DNA from: a virus
Length of the DNA stretch: 64,000 nucleotides
Virus record (IMG/VR): IMGVR_UViG_3300002026_000020
Reading direction: 5' to 3' (one strand)
In this document: piece by piece, positions 1 to 10,664 of the stretch
Position numbering within the stretch: the first letter of the stretch is position 1
Layout: each line of letters starts with the position of its first letter
Notes under the pieces: generated by a model
What the model saw: only the letters and a program-made list of their open reading frames with translations
The model's database searches: none
Told to the model about the DNA's origin: nothing
Translations under genes and position numbers: made by a program

Positions 1-579
1 GATAAGTGGTTTGAATACGGTGGTGATAACAATCTGAGAATAAACTACAATCTAAACGCCGATAGCGTTGTAATCGACGGTGGGGCATATCACGGCGATT
101 GGTTTAGTAAAATATACAGCAAGTATGCGTGTAATATAATAGCATACGAGCCTACTGCAAGTGGATACAATATATGCAACCAAAAGGTGAATGACAAGAT
201 AAAGCTGCATAAGTCTGGTCTATATGACAAGAATGCAAAGATAAGGATATCAAGCGAGGATGATGGCAGCAGTATATTCAATAATGGTGGTTCGGAATCC
301 ATTGATTTGGTGGATACTGGTGTCGAGTTGGCTTCATGGGGGCAGACAATAGACCTGTTTAAGCTTAACGTTGAAGGCGCTGAATACGAAATACTTGAGA
401 AAATCATACAAATGAACGCTCAGACAAAGTTTAAGAACTTCCAGATACAGTTTCACCGTGGTAAGTATCTTCCAAATGCTGAACATCGAAGAGATGCTAT
501 AAGATCGGTTCTTAGCAAGACTCATCACTTGACATATGACTTCACGTTCGTTTGGGAGAATTGGGAGATAAATCAATGA
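1..579 (+). CDS. FkbM-family SAM-dependent methyltransferase (5' end outside window)
   Basis: Frame open from base 1; VIDGGAYHG SAM motif, AYEP, and LFKLNVEGAEY motif typical of FkbM. Confidence 0.85.
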   Translation, partial: DKWFEYGGDNNLRINYNLNADSVVIDGGAYHGDWFSKIYSKYACNIIAYEPTASGYNICNQKVNDKIKLHKSGLYDKNAKIRISSEDDGSSIFNNGGSESIDLVDTGVELASWGQTIDLFKLNVEGAEYEILEKIIQMNAQTKFKNFQIQFHRGKYLPNAEHRRDAIRSVLSKTHHLTYDFTFVWENWEINQ

Positions 580-1298
580 TAGATAAGAGTTATATAAATT
601 GGGCTGACTTCATCTCAGTTGCAAACGGGTTCAACTTTACTAACAGTGGATGTCACCCTGACCATTATGGGCTTACAGTTGGTGGAAGGCTACCACACTC
701 CATAAACGAGTATGAGTTCAACTACATGCGTGATTACATTGTCAAAAACAATTTGAAGTGTGGTTACGAGTTGGCAACTGGTATAGGTGTTTCAACCGTT
801 GGAATTGGTCTTGGCTTCAAGAAAACTGGCGGAAAGGTCATCACATTGGATTCATATGTGGAAGAGCAAAACCAAGAAGTAGTTGATAACCGATATGATG
901 TAAACTCCAACATACAAAACGCTGGAAAGAGTCGCAATAAGAGCTTGATGCAGCGGTTCTCTTTGGATGATACTGTTATTCTGGAACAGGGCTGGAGTCC
1001 GACTGACTCTATAAAGTTCATAGATAAACACTTCCAGGGCAAGAAGCTTGACTTCGTGTTTCTTGACTGCCCTAAGTATCCAGACGAGTACGAACGTGAC
1101 GCATCATATCTAATAAATTACGTCGCTAAGGATAAGTTTTGTATATTCGTTCATGATACCCATACAATGCGTGGGGAGTTCACTCAACTCTCCGAAAAGT
1201 ATTTTGGAATAACTCCGAAGTTTATAAACAAGTATAACTTCGGCGGAAGAGACATTGAAGTGAGATTCCCAATAGCCCTTATTACAAACATTCCATGA
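576..1298 (+). CDS. Class I SAM-dependent methyltransferase (Methyltransf_24-like)
   Basis: YELATGIGVST, LDFVFLD and VHDT motifs; ATGA overlap with the previous gene. Confidence 0.75.
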   Translation: MIDKSYINWADFISVANGFNFTNSGCHPDHYGLTVGGRLPHSINEYEFNYMRDYIVKNNLKCGYELATGIGVSTVGIGLGFKKTGGKVITLDSYVEEQNQEVVDNRYDVNSNIQNAGKSRNKSLMQRFSLDDTVILEQGWSPTDSIKFIDKHFQGKKLDFVFLDCPKYPDEYERDASYLINYVAKDKFCIFVHDTHTMRGEFTQLSEKYFGITPKFINKYNFGGRDIEVRFPIALITNIP

Positions 1299-1924
1299 TA
1301 CACTGCATAGGCAACAGCCACGCTAACATGTTTACGGGAAGCCCACCTGGGCAGATGTTTATAACAACATGTGGAAGTCGCTTCTCATCGACCAGCATTG
1401 GTCCCGTTATAGCATACAACTTCACAGAGCATCACGAATCTAAGTGTATGGAACAGTTATCAAAGATTCCTGTAAATCCTGGCGACAGGGTTATGCTGAT
1501 AGTTGGAGAAGTGGATTGCCGACTACATCTTCCAAAGAGAATAGCTACAAACAATGAGAGCATAGAATCGGTCGTATTTGAATGTACCAATAGATTCTTT
1601 AGATCCGTATTGAACCTAAAGAAGCGTGGATACAACATGGTGACTTGGTGTGGGCATCCATCAACCACCGATGGTCATAGAGATAATTATGACTCTCCGG
1701 TTTGGGGAGACTGTTTGACTCGTAATAAAATAAGTATAGAATGGAAGAAATCTCTTGAAGCTCTCTCCTTGGCAAACGATATTCCATGTGTAAGTATAAT
1801 AGATGACATGATAAAGGAAGATGGTTTGACTGATATGAGTTACTTTATAGACTACTGTCACCTAAATAGCCAGAAAGCTCTTCCGCTCGTTATCAATAAG
1901 TTTATTGAAAAAGGTCTGTTATAG
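1295..1924 (+). CDS. SGNH/GDSL-like hydrolase
   Basis: N-terminal IGNSH, GEVDCR, C-terminal DYCHL (DxxH). Confidence 0.65.
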   Translation: MIHCIGNSHANMFTGSPPGQMFITTCGSRFSSTSIGPVIAYNFTEHHESKCMEQLSKIPVNPGDRVMLIVGEVDCRLHLPKRIATNNESIESVVFECTNRFFRSVLNLKKRGYNMVTWCGHPSTTDGHRDNYDSPVWGDCLTRNKISIEWKKSLEALSLANDIPCVSIIDDMIKEDGLTDMSYFIDYCHLNSQKALPLVINKFIEKGLL

Positions 1925-1937
1925 GTATAATGTATGT

Positions 1938-2258
1938 ATGAAAACGTTCAACATCAAAGATATGGTAAAGGGATGGTTTGTCGGTGACATTACTCCGGTA
2001 GCCTTTAGCACCCCTTCAGTGGAGGTAGCCTACAAGGAGTATAAGAAGGGTGATTACGACAAGGCACATTATCACAAAATAGCAACCGAAGTTACTCTTA
2101 TATCCAGCGGTTCTGTGAAGATGAACGGTGTCGTGTATTCTAAAGGCGAGATAATCATCATAAATCCTATGGATGTAACAGACTTTGAGGCTTTGGAAGA
2201 CTCGTCAACTGTTGTTGTCAAGGTTCCTGGGGCTAAAAACGATAAATACGAGTCATGA
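1938..2258 (+). CDS. Cupin-fold protein
   Basis: KGWFVGD and HYHKIATEVT cupin motif. Confidence 0.7.
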   Translation: MKTFNIKDMVKGWFVGDITPVAFSTPSVEVAYKEYKKGDYDKAHYHKIATEVTLISSGSVKMNGVVYSKGEIIIINPMDVTDFEALEDSSTVVVKVPGAKNDKYES

Positions 2259-2695
2259 TACTTATAGCACATAGAGGTAATACAGACGGCTCAAACCCTA
2301 CGTTGGAGAACTATCCAGGGTATGTAAACACTGCTTTTGAGATGGGATTCCATGTTGAAATAGATGTGTGGTTGGTCGATGGTAAGTTCTTTCTCGGGCA
2401 TGACAACCCCAAGTTCCCCATTAGTATAGACTATCTGAAAAACGAGAAGCTTCTATGTCACGCTAAGAACAAAGAGGCATTCGAAGCGATGTTGGAGCAT
2501 CCAAGTATTCATTCATTTTGGCATCAAGAAGACGAATATACATTATCATCCAAGAGAATACCAATAGTATATCCCGGCAAGCCCCTAATGACTAACTGTA
2601 TAGCAATGGTTAGAGACTACTATACCGAGTCAGACTTTAGTAAATGTTATGCAATATGTTCTGACTATGTTGGTATGGAAAAGGTTTACCGATAA
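2255..2695 (+). CDS. Glycerophosphodiester phosphodiesterase-like protein
   Basis: IAHRG, EN, VEIDVW, LGHD motifs. Confidence 0.75.
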   Translation: MILIAHRGNTDGSNPTLENYPGYVNTAFEMGFHVEIDVWLVDGKFFLGHDNPKFPISIDYLKNEKLLCHAKNKEAFEAMLEHPSIHSFWHQEDEYTLSSKRIPIVYPGKPLMTNCIAMVRDYYTESDFSKCYAICSDYVGMEKVYR

Positions 2696-3363
2696 TGAAT
2701 TTTACATTTGGGATAATAACCGATGGTAATAATGAGGGATATATAAACACCGTCATTGCATCAATTCACCGTCAGGAAATACCTACAGACAAGTATGAAA
2801 TACTAATAGTTGGTAATAGTAGAGCGAGTGGCGCTAATGTCAGAGTTATACCATTTGATGACAGTGTGAAGCATGCATGGATAACCAGAAAAAAGAATAT
2901 AGTCACTGAACAAGCAAAGTTTGATAACGTTGTTTACACCCATGACTACATATCCTTTAGCGATGGATGGTATAGTGGATTCTGCAACTATGGAAACGAC
3001 TTCTTAGCGTGTATGACCCCTATGATAAACACCGATGGAACCCGCTTCCGAGACTGGACCACCTATCCAAATTGGGTAAGACCGCTTGGGGTCAATACCT
3101 ATATGCTCCCATATAACGTGACCAATCTCTCGAAATACCAATACTTCTCGGGTGCCTATTTTATATGTAAGAGACATGTAATGCAGGAAATCCCACTCAA
3201 TGAGAAGCTGAGTTGGGGCGAGGGTGAGGATGTTGAGTGGAGCAAAGCCTATAACTCCAAGTATGAATTCAAAATAAATACACAGTCAACTGTAAAGCTG
3301 ATAAAATATAAGCCAGCATACTTTGACCATATAACCCCCGAAGACCTTTGTAAGCTACAGTAA
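2695..3363 (+). CDS. Glycosyltransferase, GT2-like
   Basis: FTFGIIT start, THDY, WGEGEDVEW. Confidence 0.7.
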   Translation: MNFTFGIITDGNNEGYINTVIASIHRQEIPTDKYEILIVGNSRASGANVRVIPFDDSVKHAWITRKKNIVTEQAKFDNVVYTHDYISFSDGWYSGFCNYGNDFLACMTPMINTDGTRFRDWTTYPNWVRPLGVNTYMLPYNVTNLSKYQYFSGAYFICKRHVMQEIPLNEKLSWGEGEDVEWSKAYNSKYEFKINTQSTVKLIKYKPAYFDHITPEDLCKLQ

Positions 3364-3372
3364 GGAGACTAC

Positions 3373-4023
3373 ATGTTATTTGACTTTCTAAAAGATGGAG
3401 ACTTGGTATTTGATGTTGGATGTAACGTCGGTAAGAAAGCTGACCTATTCCTTTCCAAGAATTGTAAAGTTGTTGGGTTTGAACCGCAGAAGACATGTTA
3501 TGATACATTGGTTCAGAAGTATTCAAACAACTCCAATATAAAATTAGAATCTCTTGGCTTAGGATCTGAAGATAAGGAAGTGGAATTCTACATAGCTTCC
3601 GCCGACACCATAAGCTCCATGTCTCCTGAGTTTATTGTTGAGACTAAGAAGAACCGCTTCAGCACATACTCCTGGCACCGCAAGGAGATTGTAAAGGTTA
3701 CAACTCTTGACGCCATGATAGATAAGCATGGTCAGCCTGCATTCTGCAAGATAGACGTTGAAGGTTATGAGAGCGAAGTTCTCAAGGGGTTGAATAGGTA
3801 TACCATACCAATGCTGAGTATGGAGTTTACTCCGGAGATAAAGAAGAATACTCTTGAGTGTGTTGATAAGCTTCTCAGCCTGAATAGCAACTACCGATTC
3901 AATATCGTAAATGGTGAGAATGAACACTTCAGGTTCAACGAGTGGCTTGACGAAGGCTACATCAAGAAAGCCATCTCCGAAATAAACTTCCCCGAATGGG
4001 GTGACTTGTATGCCAAGCTCTAA
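3373..4023 (+). CDS. FkbM-family methyltransferase
   Basis: VFDVGCNVG, GFEP, KIDVEGYE. Confidence 0.9.
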   Translation: MLFDFLKDGDLVFDVGCNVGKKADLFLSKNCKVVGFEPQKTCYDTLVQKYSNNSNIKLESLGLGSEDKEVEFYIASADTISSMSPEFIVETKKNRFSTYSWHRKEIVKVTTLDAMIDKHGQPAFCKIDVEGYESEVLKGLNRYTIPMLSMEFTPEIKKNTLECVDKLLSLNSNYRFNIVNGENEHFRFNEWLDEGYIKKAISEINFPEWGDLYAKL

Positions 4024-4843
4024 GGTTGGTATATTCTTCAATGGCGACCCAAACGAACTGCGTGGACCGTCTAAGGTTTATAAGAACCTTGTAAACGGTC
4101 TTAGCAAGCTCGGAATAGAATACTCCCTAAATCAAGGGGAAGTGTTCAACGGTTCTTTGAATAATATGGATCATCACCTTCCTAAGAACACGGTCATCGG
4201 TCCTAACACTGTCATACTTCCAACCGACAATCCAGCACTATACCAGAAATACAAGAGCTTCATTGTGAACTCGCAGTGGACGTATGACAAGCATTCTTCC
4301 ACGGGGCTTCTCCATGGCAAGAATCTGTATATATGGGCTGTTGGCATAGATACTGATTTGTTCAACGATTCCAACAGAAACCCCGACACAGATTGCTTCA
4401 TTTACTTCAAAGGAAGAGAAGACGGAGAGTTGGAAATAGTAAAGCAGAAACTAACTTCTCTGAACATGACATATAGAGTTATAACATATGGCTCATATCG
4501 TGAGGAAGAACTTATTGATGCTACGAAGAAGTGCAAGTTCTGCATCTTGCTAACTGGAACTGAAAGCCAGGGAATCGGATACATGGAGATTCTATCTGCT
4601 AACGTCCCGTGTTATGTTTTGAATATGGGCGCTTGGCGTAACAGCAGCTATCCAAGAGTCTATCCAGCTTCATCGGTTCCATACTTTGATAGCAACTGTG
4701 GAATTATTGATGATATGAACATGGGAAAGTTTGTCGAGTTCTTGAACTCATATGACTCATTCAACCCAAGGCAATACATTGTTGAGAATCACACTCTCGC
4801 AATATCGGCTGGCAAGTATTATGATATACTAAGTCACCAGTGA
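4010..4843 (+). CDS. GT-B fold glycosyltransferase (GT4-like)
   Basis: GPSKV, VGIDT, ESQGIGYMEILSANVP (ExxGxxxxE motif). Confidence 0.7.
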   Translation: MPSSKVGIFFNGDPNELRGPSKVYKNLVNGLSKLGIEYSLNQGEVFNGSLNNMDHHLPKNTVIGPNTVILPTDNPALYQKYKSFIVNSQWTYDKHSSTGLLHGKNLYIWAVGIDTDLFNDSNRNPDTDCFIYFKGREDGELEIVKQKLTSLNMTYRVITYGSYREEELIDATKKCKFCILLTGTESQGIGYMEILSANVPCYVLNMGAWRNSSYPRVYPASSVPYFDSNCGIIDDMNMGKFVEFLNSYDSFNPRQYIVENHTLAISAGKYYDILSHQ

Positions 4844-5412
4844 GTTAGATTACAAACTCCGGTTCCAAATATATTAGCCTTTACATGCAGTCTATCAAAC
4901 TTATATACAGATAGCTTGTTATCTGATATATACTTTGCTGTCAACCATTCAAAGTTCTGCATGTTGTTTTCCATTCCATCATAGTCTATGGTTTCGAGGA
5001 ACCTGACAAGATGTGAATACTTCATGGCAAACATTCCTGTGAACACCTGACCATGATTATCATATCTAACATATGCATCATAGTTAGTGCTATCAATCAT
5101 ATCAAATGTGTTTCTACTCTCAACAAGATAGCGACCAGTTAGCTTTGCCACTTTCTCTCCTTCTGGAGCCTTTATTTGTCTCAGGGCTGTTAGGAGAGCC
5201 TTAGCCTCGTTTACTCCTTTATTTCGCAAGCCAGGGTTGTTTACGCCTGGGTAGATGACATCCTCCCCGTCGATGGGGAATGAACTGGCAACACACTCCA
5301 CTATCTTTGGGCGTATACCATATTCTTTTAGTTGCTGAAGACTATCGGAATATTCTTTCATTCTCATATCATATTTTTCTGTTATAATAGCCGATGTAAA
5401 GAGTAAAATCAT
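4834..5412 (-). CDS. Hypothetical glycan-related protein
   Basis: 192 aa ORF with NKGVNE and KLTGRY, in glycosyltransferase context. Confidence 0.55.
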   Translation of the reverse strand: MILLFTSAIITEKYDMRMKEYSDSLQQLKEYGIRPKIVECVASSFPIDGEDVIYPGVNNPGLRNKGVNEAKALLTALRQIKAPEGEKVAKLTGRYLVESRNTFDMIDSTNYDAYVRYDNHGQVFTGMFAMKYSHLVRFLETIDYDGMENNMQNFEWLTAKYISDNKLSVYKFDRLHVKANIFGTGVCNLTHW

Positions 5413-5449
5413 ATATACTTTTTATTTATAAATATGCCAGGAGAAGATT

Positions 5450-6214
5450 ATGCAGTATATAAAATCTCGTGAAACTCTCATACGCATAATAGACCGTATA
5501 GAGCAGCGCAAGCCTGGAATATATTTGAGGTTTGGCGCCGGCGATGTAAACTTAGCCAACAATACCAGAGAGTTGATGCAGCAGGCAAATGATAAGTTGG
5601 GCGCTGAGATGCGTGAAGCATTTTCCTTGACTGGTGAAGGTGTTATGAAATGCTTACCTGTATACTGCCACAAATATGGAGCGGTTGAGCCTGGAATGTG
5701 CCCAGGAAACCACGAAGCTCCTAATGAGTGGGTGGATGACATCATGCGACGGGCAGCCCCCCATTGGGGTGGAGAGTTTGGTGAAGTATATCCCCACGTT
5801 GCGTTATGCTATATGGCAACGGTAGATGCTCCTGTAGCAAAGAACTTCCTAAACCGTATGAGAGACGCTAACTGCAAGAAGATATTCATCGGCAATAGAA
5901 CATGCCCTGAGAGTGTCATAGAGAGAATGTTTGGGAAGTGTCATATCATAAAGACACCAGAAGCTAACTCTTATGACGGTGCTGACGCAGCATGGGAAGA
6001 GTTTCAACGAGTCAAAACCGACGAATACACGCTCGTCATATTTGCCATGGGATGTTCTGGAAGAGCAGTTCAGAAGAGGATATGGAAGAAGTATTCCGAC
6101 TGCTTTGTATTTGACGTTGGTAGCATCATGGATACCGTTTATGGGAACAGCCCAACAAGAGCGTGGATGGAGATAACCAAATTCAACGGAAAGAAGTTTC
6201 TGGAGACATTATGA
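5450..6214 (+). CDS. GT-D fold (DUF1792-like) glycosyltransferase
   Basis: YLRFGAGD and DVGSIMD resemble GT-D motifs; TATAAATA late promoter at 5427. Confidence 0.6.
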   Translation: MQYIKSRETLIRIIDRIEQRKPGIYLRFGAGDVNLANNTRELMQQANDKLGAEMREAFSLTGEGVMKCLPVYCHKYGAVEPGMCPGNHEAPNEWVDDIMRRAAPHWGGEFGEVYPHVALCYMATVDAPVAKNFLNRMRDANCKKIFIGNRTCPESVIERMFGKCHIIKTPEANSYDGADAAWEEFQRVKTDEYTLVIFAMGCSGRAVQKRIWKKYSDCFVFDVGSIMDTVYGNSPTRAWMEITKFNGKKFLETL

Positions 6215-6975
6215 TAAGTTGTGAGCTTATGGGTGGCATCGGCAACCTTCTATTTCAAGTATCGGCTACATATGCTCACTCAAAGCGTATGGGTGAAGAA
6301 TGCTACTTTGACCTCGGTAGAGATATAATATCCTGCACAAGACACTATGATAATCTATCAGTGTATAAAGACAATATATTTAGGAACTTCAAAAACAGCA
6401 CAAGAGTTCACAACCACCACAGACACGAAGAACCTTCACATAGGTTCTCACCAATACCAAGAGTTCCTAATCTATTCTTGTTTGGTTACTTCCAATCAGA
6501 TAAGTATTTCTCAGAATATGCCGATGAGATACGAACAATGGTTTCACCAAAGCAGGAAGAAATGACTTACATAATAGAGAAATACAAAGAAGTGTTGGAT
6601 AAAGATACTGTCAGCGTTCACGTTAGACGAGGCGACTATTTGAGGGTCAACTCCGCAGCAGTTCTGCCAATAGATTACTACAAGAGAGCATTGGCTCTCT
6701 TCCCAGGAAAGCAGGTTGTAGTATTCAGCGACGATGTTCCATACTGCAAGAATGAGTTCGGAAACGATGCTGTTTACATAACTGGAGAGAAGGATTATAT
6801 TGACATGTATATCATGTCAAGGTGTAAGAACAATATAATAGCAAACTCGTCATTCAGTTGGTGGGGTTCGTATCTGAATAACCATCACGATAAGAAGATA
6901 GTAGCTCCTAAACTATGGAATGGCAACTACACCGACAATCCAGACATTTACTGTAACAACTGGATAACCATATGA
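6211..6975 (+). CDS. Alpha-1,2-fucosyltransferase (GT11)
   Basis: GGIGNLLFQ, GYFQS, HVRRGDY, NSSFSWW. Confidence 0.92.
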   Translation: MISCELMGGIGNLLFQVSATYAHSKRMGEECYFDLGRDIISCTRHYDNLSVYKDNIFRNFKNSTRVHNHHRHEEPSHRFSPIPRVPNLFLFGYFQSDKYFSEYADEIRTMVSPKQEEMTYIIEKYKEVLDKDTVSVHVRRGDYLRVNSAAVLPIDYYKRALALFPGKQVVVFSDDVPYCKNEFGNDAVYITGEKDYIDMYIMSRCKNNIIANSSFSWWGSYLNNHHDKKIVAPKLWNGNYTDNPDIYCNNWITI

Positions 6976-7619
6976 AAATATCCATTCTCATGCCCATATA
7001 TAATGGCATAAACTTTTTGGAAGAGAGCTTGGGATCCATTCGCAATCAGACATATAACGATTGGCAGCTTATCATAGGGGTAAATGGTCATCCACGAGGC
7101 TCTGATATATTCAACATAGCCAACAAACACGCATCCGATAAGGTAAAGGTTTTAGATTTACATACCATAAAGGGAAAGCCCAGCGCCCTGAACGAAATGG
7201 TAAAGCAATGTTCAGATATATGCTGCCTGCTTGACGTTGACGATAAATGGCATCCTGAGAAATTGAGCAAACAGATAGAGCATATATCCTCATACGATGT
7301 GGTCGGAACCTGCTGCCAGTATTTTGGGGATAGGAATGACCACCCGCACGTCCCAACCGGTCATATTGACAGAATTACGTTCATGTCGTTCAATCCGATT
7401 ATAAATTCTTCGTCTATGTTCAAGAAGACCGACGCTTATTGGGATCCGTCACTTTCAGTAGAAGACTATGATATGTGGCTGAGACTGAACAAGCAAGGAA
7501 AGCGGTTCTTCAACCATTCCGACATATTGACTTATCATAGAATTCACAATAATAGTTACTTCAACACTCGCAATCATGACGAAGAGATAAACACAACCAG
7601 AAACCGCTGGAGAATATAA
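6972..7619 (+). CDS. GT2 glycosyltransferase
   Basis: ISILMPIYN, LDVDD, EDYDMWLR. Confidence 0.9.
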   Translation: MKISILMPIYNGINFLEESLGSIRNQTYNDWQLIIGVNGHPRGSDIFNIANKHASDKVKVLDLHTIKGKPSALNEMVKQCSDICCLLDVDDKWHPEKLSKQIEHISSYDVVGTCCQYFGDRNDHPHVPTGHIDRITFMSFNPIINSSSMFKKTDAYWDPSLSVEDYDMWLRLNKQGKRFFNHSDILTYHRIHNNSYFNTRNHDEEINTTRNRWRI

Positions 7620-7628
7620 AGGAGCTTT

Positions 7629-8327
7629 ATGAAGATAGGATTTCTTATAGTTGCAACCCACAAATATATACGCTTTGTTCAGCCTTTGCTGGATTCGATG
7701 AAGCGTCATCTAAGAATACCTAATGGTGAAATAACCATGTTCGTATTCACCGACCAGCCAAACGTTCCAGAAGGATGTGTGAGAATACAACAGGAACACA
7801 AGCCGTTCCCATATCCTACTCTTATGCGCTATCACATGTTCCATAAGAACAAGAGTCTCTATGAGAACTTTGACTTCCTTTATTATCTCGACGCTGATAT
7901 GTTGTTCCTCGGTCCAGTCGGTGATGAAATACTCGCAACTCGCTTGGGCGTATTGCACCCCGGCTTCTTCCGCAAGTCAAGACCAGACTTCACATACGAG
8001 CATCGCCAGGAGTGCTTGGCATACGTTGCTCCACATGAAGGAACCAACTACTTCTGCGGCGGATTCAACGGTGGAAGAACTGCTCCATACCTTGAAATGT
8101 GTAAGGTAATCTCGGAGAGAGTTGACAAGGATCATGAGAAGGGCATAGAAGCCATATGGCACGACGAAAGCCATCTCAATAGATACTATATTGACAATCC
8201 GCCTACTGTTATATTGAATCCATCATACTGCTACCCAGGTGACGGATTGGCTCATGTTCTCGGTCTTGCTGGTCTTCCAAAAAAGATTCACGCAATAGAC
8301 AAGAACCATGACGAAGTTAGAAACTAA
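7629..8327 (+). CDS. GT6 (ABO-type) alpha-1,3-Gal/GalNAc transferase
   Basis: IVATHKY, DADM, HPGF, YFCGGFNGG, WHDESHLNRY. Confidence 0.9.
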   Translation: MKIGFLIVATHKYIRFVQPLLDSMKRHLRIPNGEITMFVFTDQPNVPEGCVRIQQEHKPFPYPTLMRYHMFHKNKSLYENFDFLYYLDADMLFLGPVGDEILATRLGVLHPGFFRKSRPDFTYEHRQECLAYVAPHEGTNYFCGGFNGGRTAPYLEMCKVISERVDKDHEKGIEAIWHDESHLNRYYIDNPPTVILNPSYCYPGDGLAHVLGLAGLPKKIHAIDKNHDEVRN

Positions 8328-9070
8328 ATAACGTTCCAATTGGGCGGGTATATATCGTTGTTCTTGACGCCGAAGCTAGGTGCAAACCAAAGCTTCGGCG
8401 CAATTACTTTATTGCCTGGGCGTTGATTCAAGTGCGCTGCCCACCAAGAGAACGTAGAATTGCATATGATGTTGTGATTGCATAGCATCATACATGCGAA
8501 GTCATCAATCATTCTGCCCTGGTGGAAGTGCATATTTGGTAATCCACCAAGATATCTTCTCGCCAAGTTTATATCATCTGAGAATACTATGAACTTATTA
8601 TTACCAGACAAAGCCATAGCTCTTCTGTAGAAATCCATGTCAGGTCTTGGATACTGGTGTCGAATACCCTCGTAGTCACCGAAGCGAGTATGGATAGTGG
8701 TATACTCGTGAATGTTCTGAATGATATTGACAGGAACCTTTATTCTAAACCAATTGAGAGCATCCTGTCTATCAAAATACTTATAGGTTTGGAAATACCC
8801 CCAACCGGCAATATCTGTATTGTCTTGGATATTCTCAGTCTCGGGGTTATATCCTATATTGTGGTATGGCTCTTGGTAAGAATGAGCCATCTGTCCTTCA
8901 GGGTCAAAGCGCCGGTTAGGATCACTCAAATCAAATATATCATCCCCATCCCACTTCCTCAGACAATATGTAGTGTTGAGCTTCTTGGCTTTTGCTCTCA
9001 TGAATGCATACTGGAACATCTTGTTTCCAAACCGTGCATCCCATAATCCAAATTGACTGAATGTAAGCAT
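8324..9070 (-). CDS. Alpha-1,2-fucosyltransferase (GT11), second copy
   Basis: RFGNKMFQYA, GYFQ, HTRFGDY, NSTFSWW. Confidence 0.9.
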   Translation of the reverse strand: MLTFSQFGLWDARFGNKMFQYAFMRAKAKKLNTTYCLRKWDGDDIFDLSDPNRRFDPEGQMAHSYQEPYHNIGYNPETENIQDNTDIAGWGYFQTYKYFDRQDALNWFRIKVPVNIIQNIHEYTTIHTRFGDYEGIRHQYPRPDMDFYRRAMALSGNNKFIVFSDDINLARRYLGGLPNMHFHQGRMIDDFACMMLCNHNIICNSTFSWWAAHLNQRPGNKVIAPKLWFAPSFGVKNNDIYPPNWNVI

Positions 9071-9071
9071 A

Positions 9072-9752
9072 TTACTTTATATCCGTTGGAAATTCATTTC
9101 TTTTTTGTGTTGCTAACTCAAACCCTGTGACAGTATATATCTTCTTGAACTGAACACAGAACATGAGAAGGTTGTCTATGGCAAACTCAAACGCCTTGTG
9201 GCGCTGTTTGACAATCTCTCCAAGGCGACAGTTGAAGTGGTTATACATGTTTATAGTATCACAGTTTACTATATAGGCGTGCGTCTCAAAGGGGGTTCCA
9301 TCTCTTCTGGCTAAACCACTGGCATGTTTCTCAACCAGTCTTGCTCTCTCAATACTTGAGTCTGTGAAGTTCCTAAGCCAGAATAGCTCAAACTTGGAAT
9401 TGGATAGTTCCTGCTGAATGCGGGAGAAATGACCGTAGAAGTTCTTATCAAACTCCACATCATCTTCAAGTATCAACACATTTCCACTACTCTTCCCGCT
9501 GATATCTTCCCATATCTTCATATGAGACTGAATGCATCCCCACTGCCCTTTATTACCGTCAAATCTCACCCCATGAACTTCTTTTGGAACCTCATGATCT
9601 TTTGGATAAACAGCTTCGACACGAATGATACGGGTATCTTTTATATCTACGCCAATCTTAGCCAACTCGGTTTCAAGCGACTTTTGGCGCTCTGGACGAG
9701 TAGAAGAGTTTATATAATAGATAACATCAACAAACTCAAATATATTATTCAT
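9072..9752 (-). CDS. GT25 glycosyltransferase
   Basis: YYIN..RPER, GCIQSH, LILEDD, THAYIV. Confidence 0.85.
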   Translation of the reverse strand: MNNIFEFVDVIYYINSSTRPERQKSLETELAKIGVDIKDTRIIRVEAVYPKDHEVPKEVHGVRFDGNKGQWGCIQSHMKIWEDISGKSSGNVLILEDDVEFDKNFYGHFSRIQQELSNSKFELFWLRNFTDSSIERARLVEKHASGLARRDGTPFETHAYIVNCDTINMYNHFNCRLGEIVKQRHKAFEFAIDNLLMFCVQFKKIYTVTGFELATQKRNEFPTDIK

Positions 9753-10489
9753 ACATACTTTCGTATTTCGTTGAACGGAATAAGAATGCGCCTCACGCCT
9801 TTCCCGTAAACTTTTCCGTTGTGGTCAATCTGTGGCTTTCTATCCTCGTCGCTTGTAGTATTTGGAACGTCGAGCATTGCTGTGCAATCCCAAGTTTCCT
9901 TGATGAACGGGAATCCCTGCCGTGGGAACTTACCGCCTATGATACACCTACGAGTATAATCACAGTGTTCATACCCGTAGCCTATGTAGTCAGGGTCCAG
10001 AGCGCCAACAGTTGCCAGCGTATCCTTAGTAATTGACATTATCTGCGCAACGTGCGTATACTCGTATATGACGGTTCCAGAAGGATATTGAACAACCTTC
10101 TTAGGATTCTTCTCGTTATCCGATACCCACTTTGGGCAGTAATTGAACAGACCTATTCCAGACTCTTTGTGAACATTGATGTATAGAGAATCCCAGCCCT
10201 TTTTAGTAGGCTTGAAGTCATCCTCAAACAAGAATACATGGTCACACTCCTGAAGGTTCATGAGTGCTATGCTCTTGTTGATTGATATACCGACATTCTT
10301 ATGAGCTATGAGGTTCATCAACTGACCTACACGCTCATAACCAGCGGTGTTTGGCTGGTCAAGTGAACATACGAGCTTATAGTCATACTTGTCTTTATCA
10401 AGTGTTGCTGCGATAGCTTCAGCAACTTCGGTAGCGGCTGCCGCTCTATTGTATGTTATCAGACCTATGCCGATAAGTGGCTTACCCAT
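9749..10489 (-). CDS. GT2 glycosyltransferase
   Basis: ITYNR, FEDD, GYGYEHCDYTRR. Confidence 0.8.
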   Translation of the reverse strand: MGKPLIGIGLITYNRAAAATEVAEAIAATLDKDKYDYKLVCSLDQPNTAGYERVGQLMNLIAHKNVGISINKSIALMNLQECDHVFLFEDDFKPTKKGWDSLYINVHKESGIGLFNYCPKWVSDNEKNPKKVVQYPSGTVIYEYTHVAQIMSITKDTLATVGALDPDYIGYGYEHCDYTRRCIIGGKFPRQGFPFIKETWDCTAMLDVPNTTSDEDRKPQIDHNGKVYGKGVRRILIPFNEIRKYV

Positions 10490-10664
10490 TCTTCACTTCC
10501 TCCAATTCAGTCTCTTCAGCCTGAAGTGATACTTCGACGTTTTGAGTCAACGCCAAGCTCACATCCACAACCTTCTTGCCTGTCTTCTTCTCAATAAAGC
10601 GAACAAGAAGCTTCTTCAAATCTTCTTCAGTTACAACTACTTTTGGGTTGTTGATGATCTTCAT
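10482..10664 (-). CDS. Hypothetical protein
   Basis: 60 aa ORF tightly coupled between two GT genes. Confidence 0.6.
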   Translation of the reverse strand: MKIINNPKVVVTEEDLKKLLVRFIEKKTGKKVVDVSLALTQNVEVSLQAEETELEEVKNG

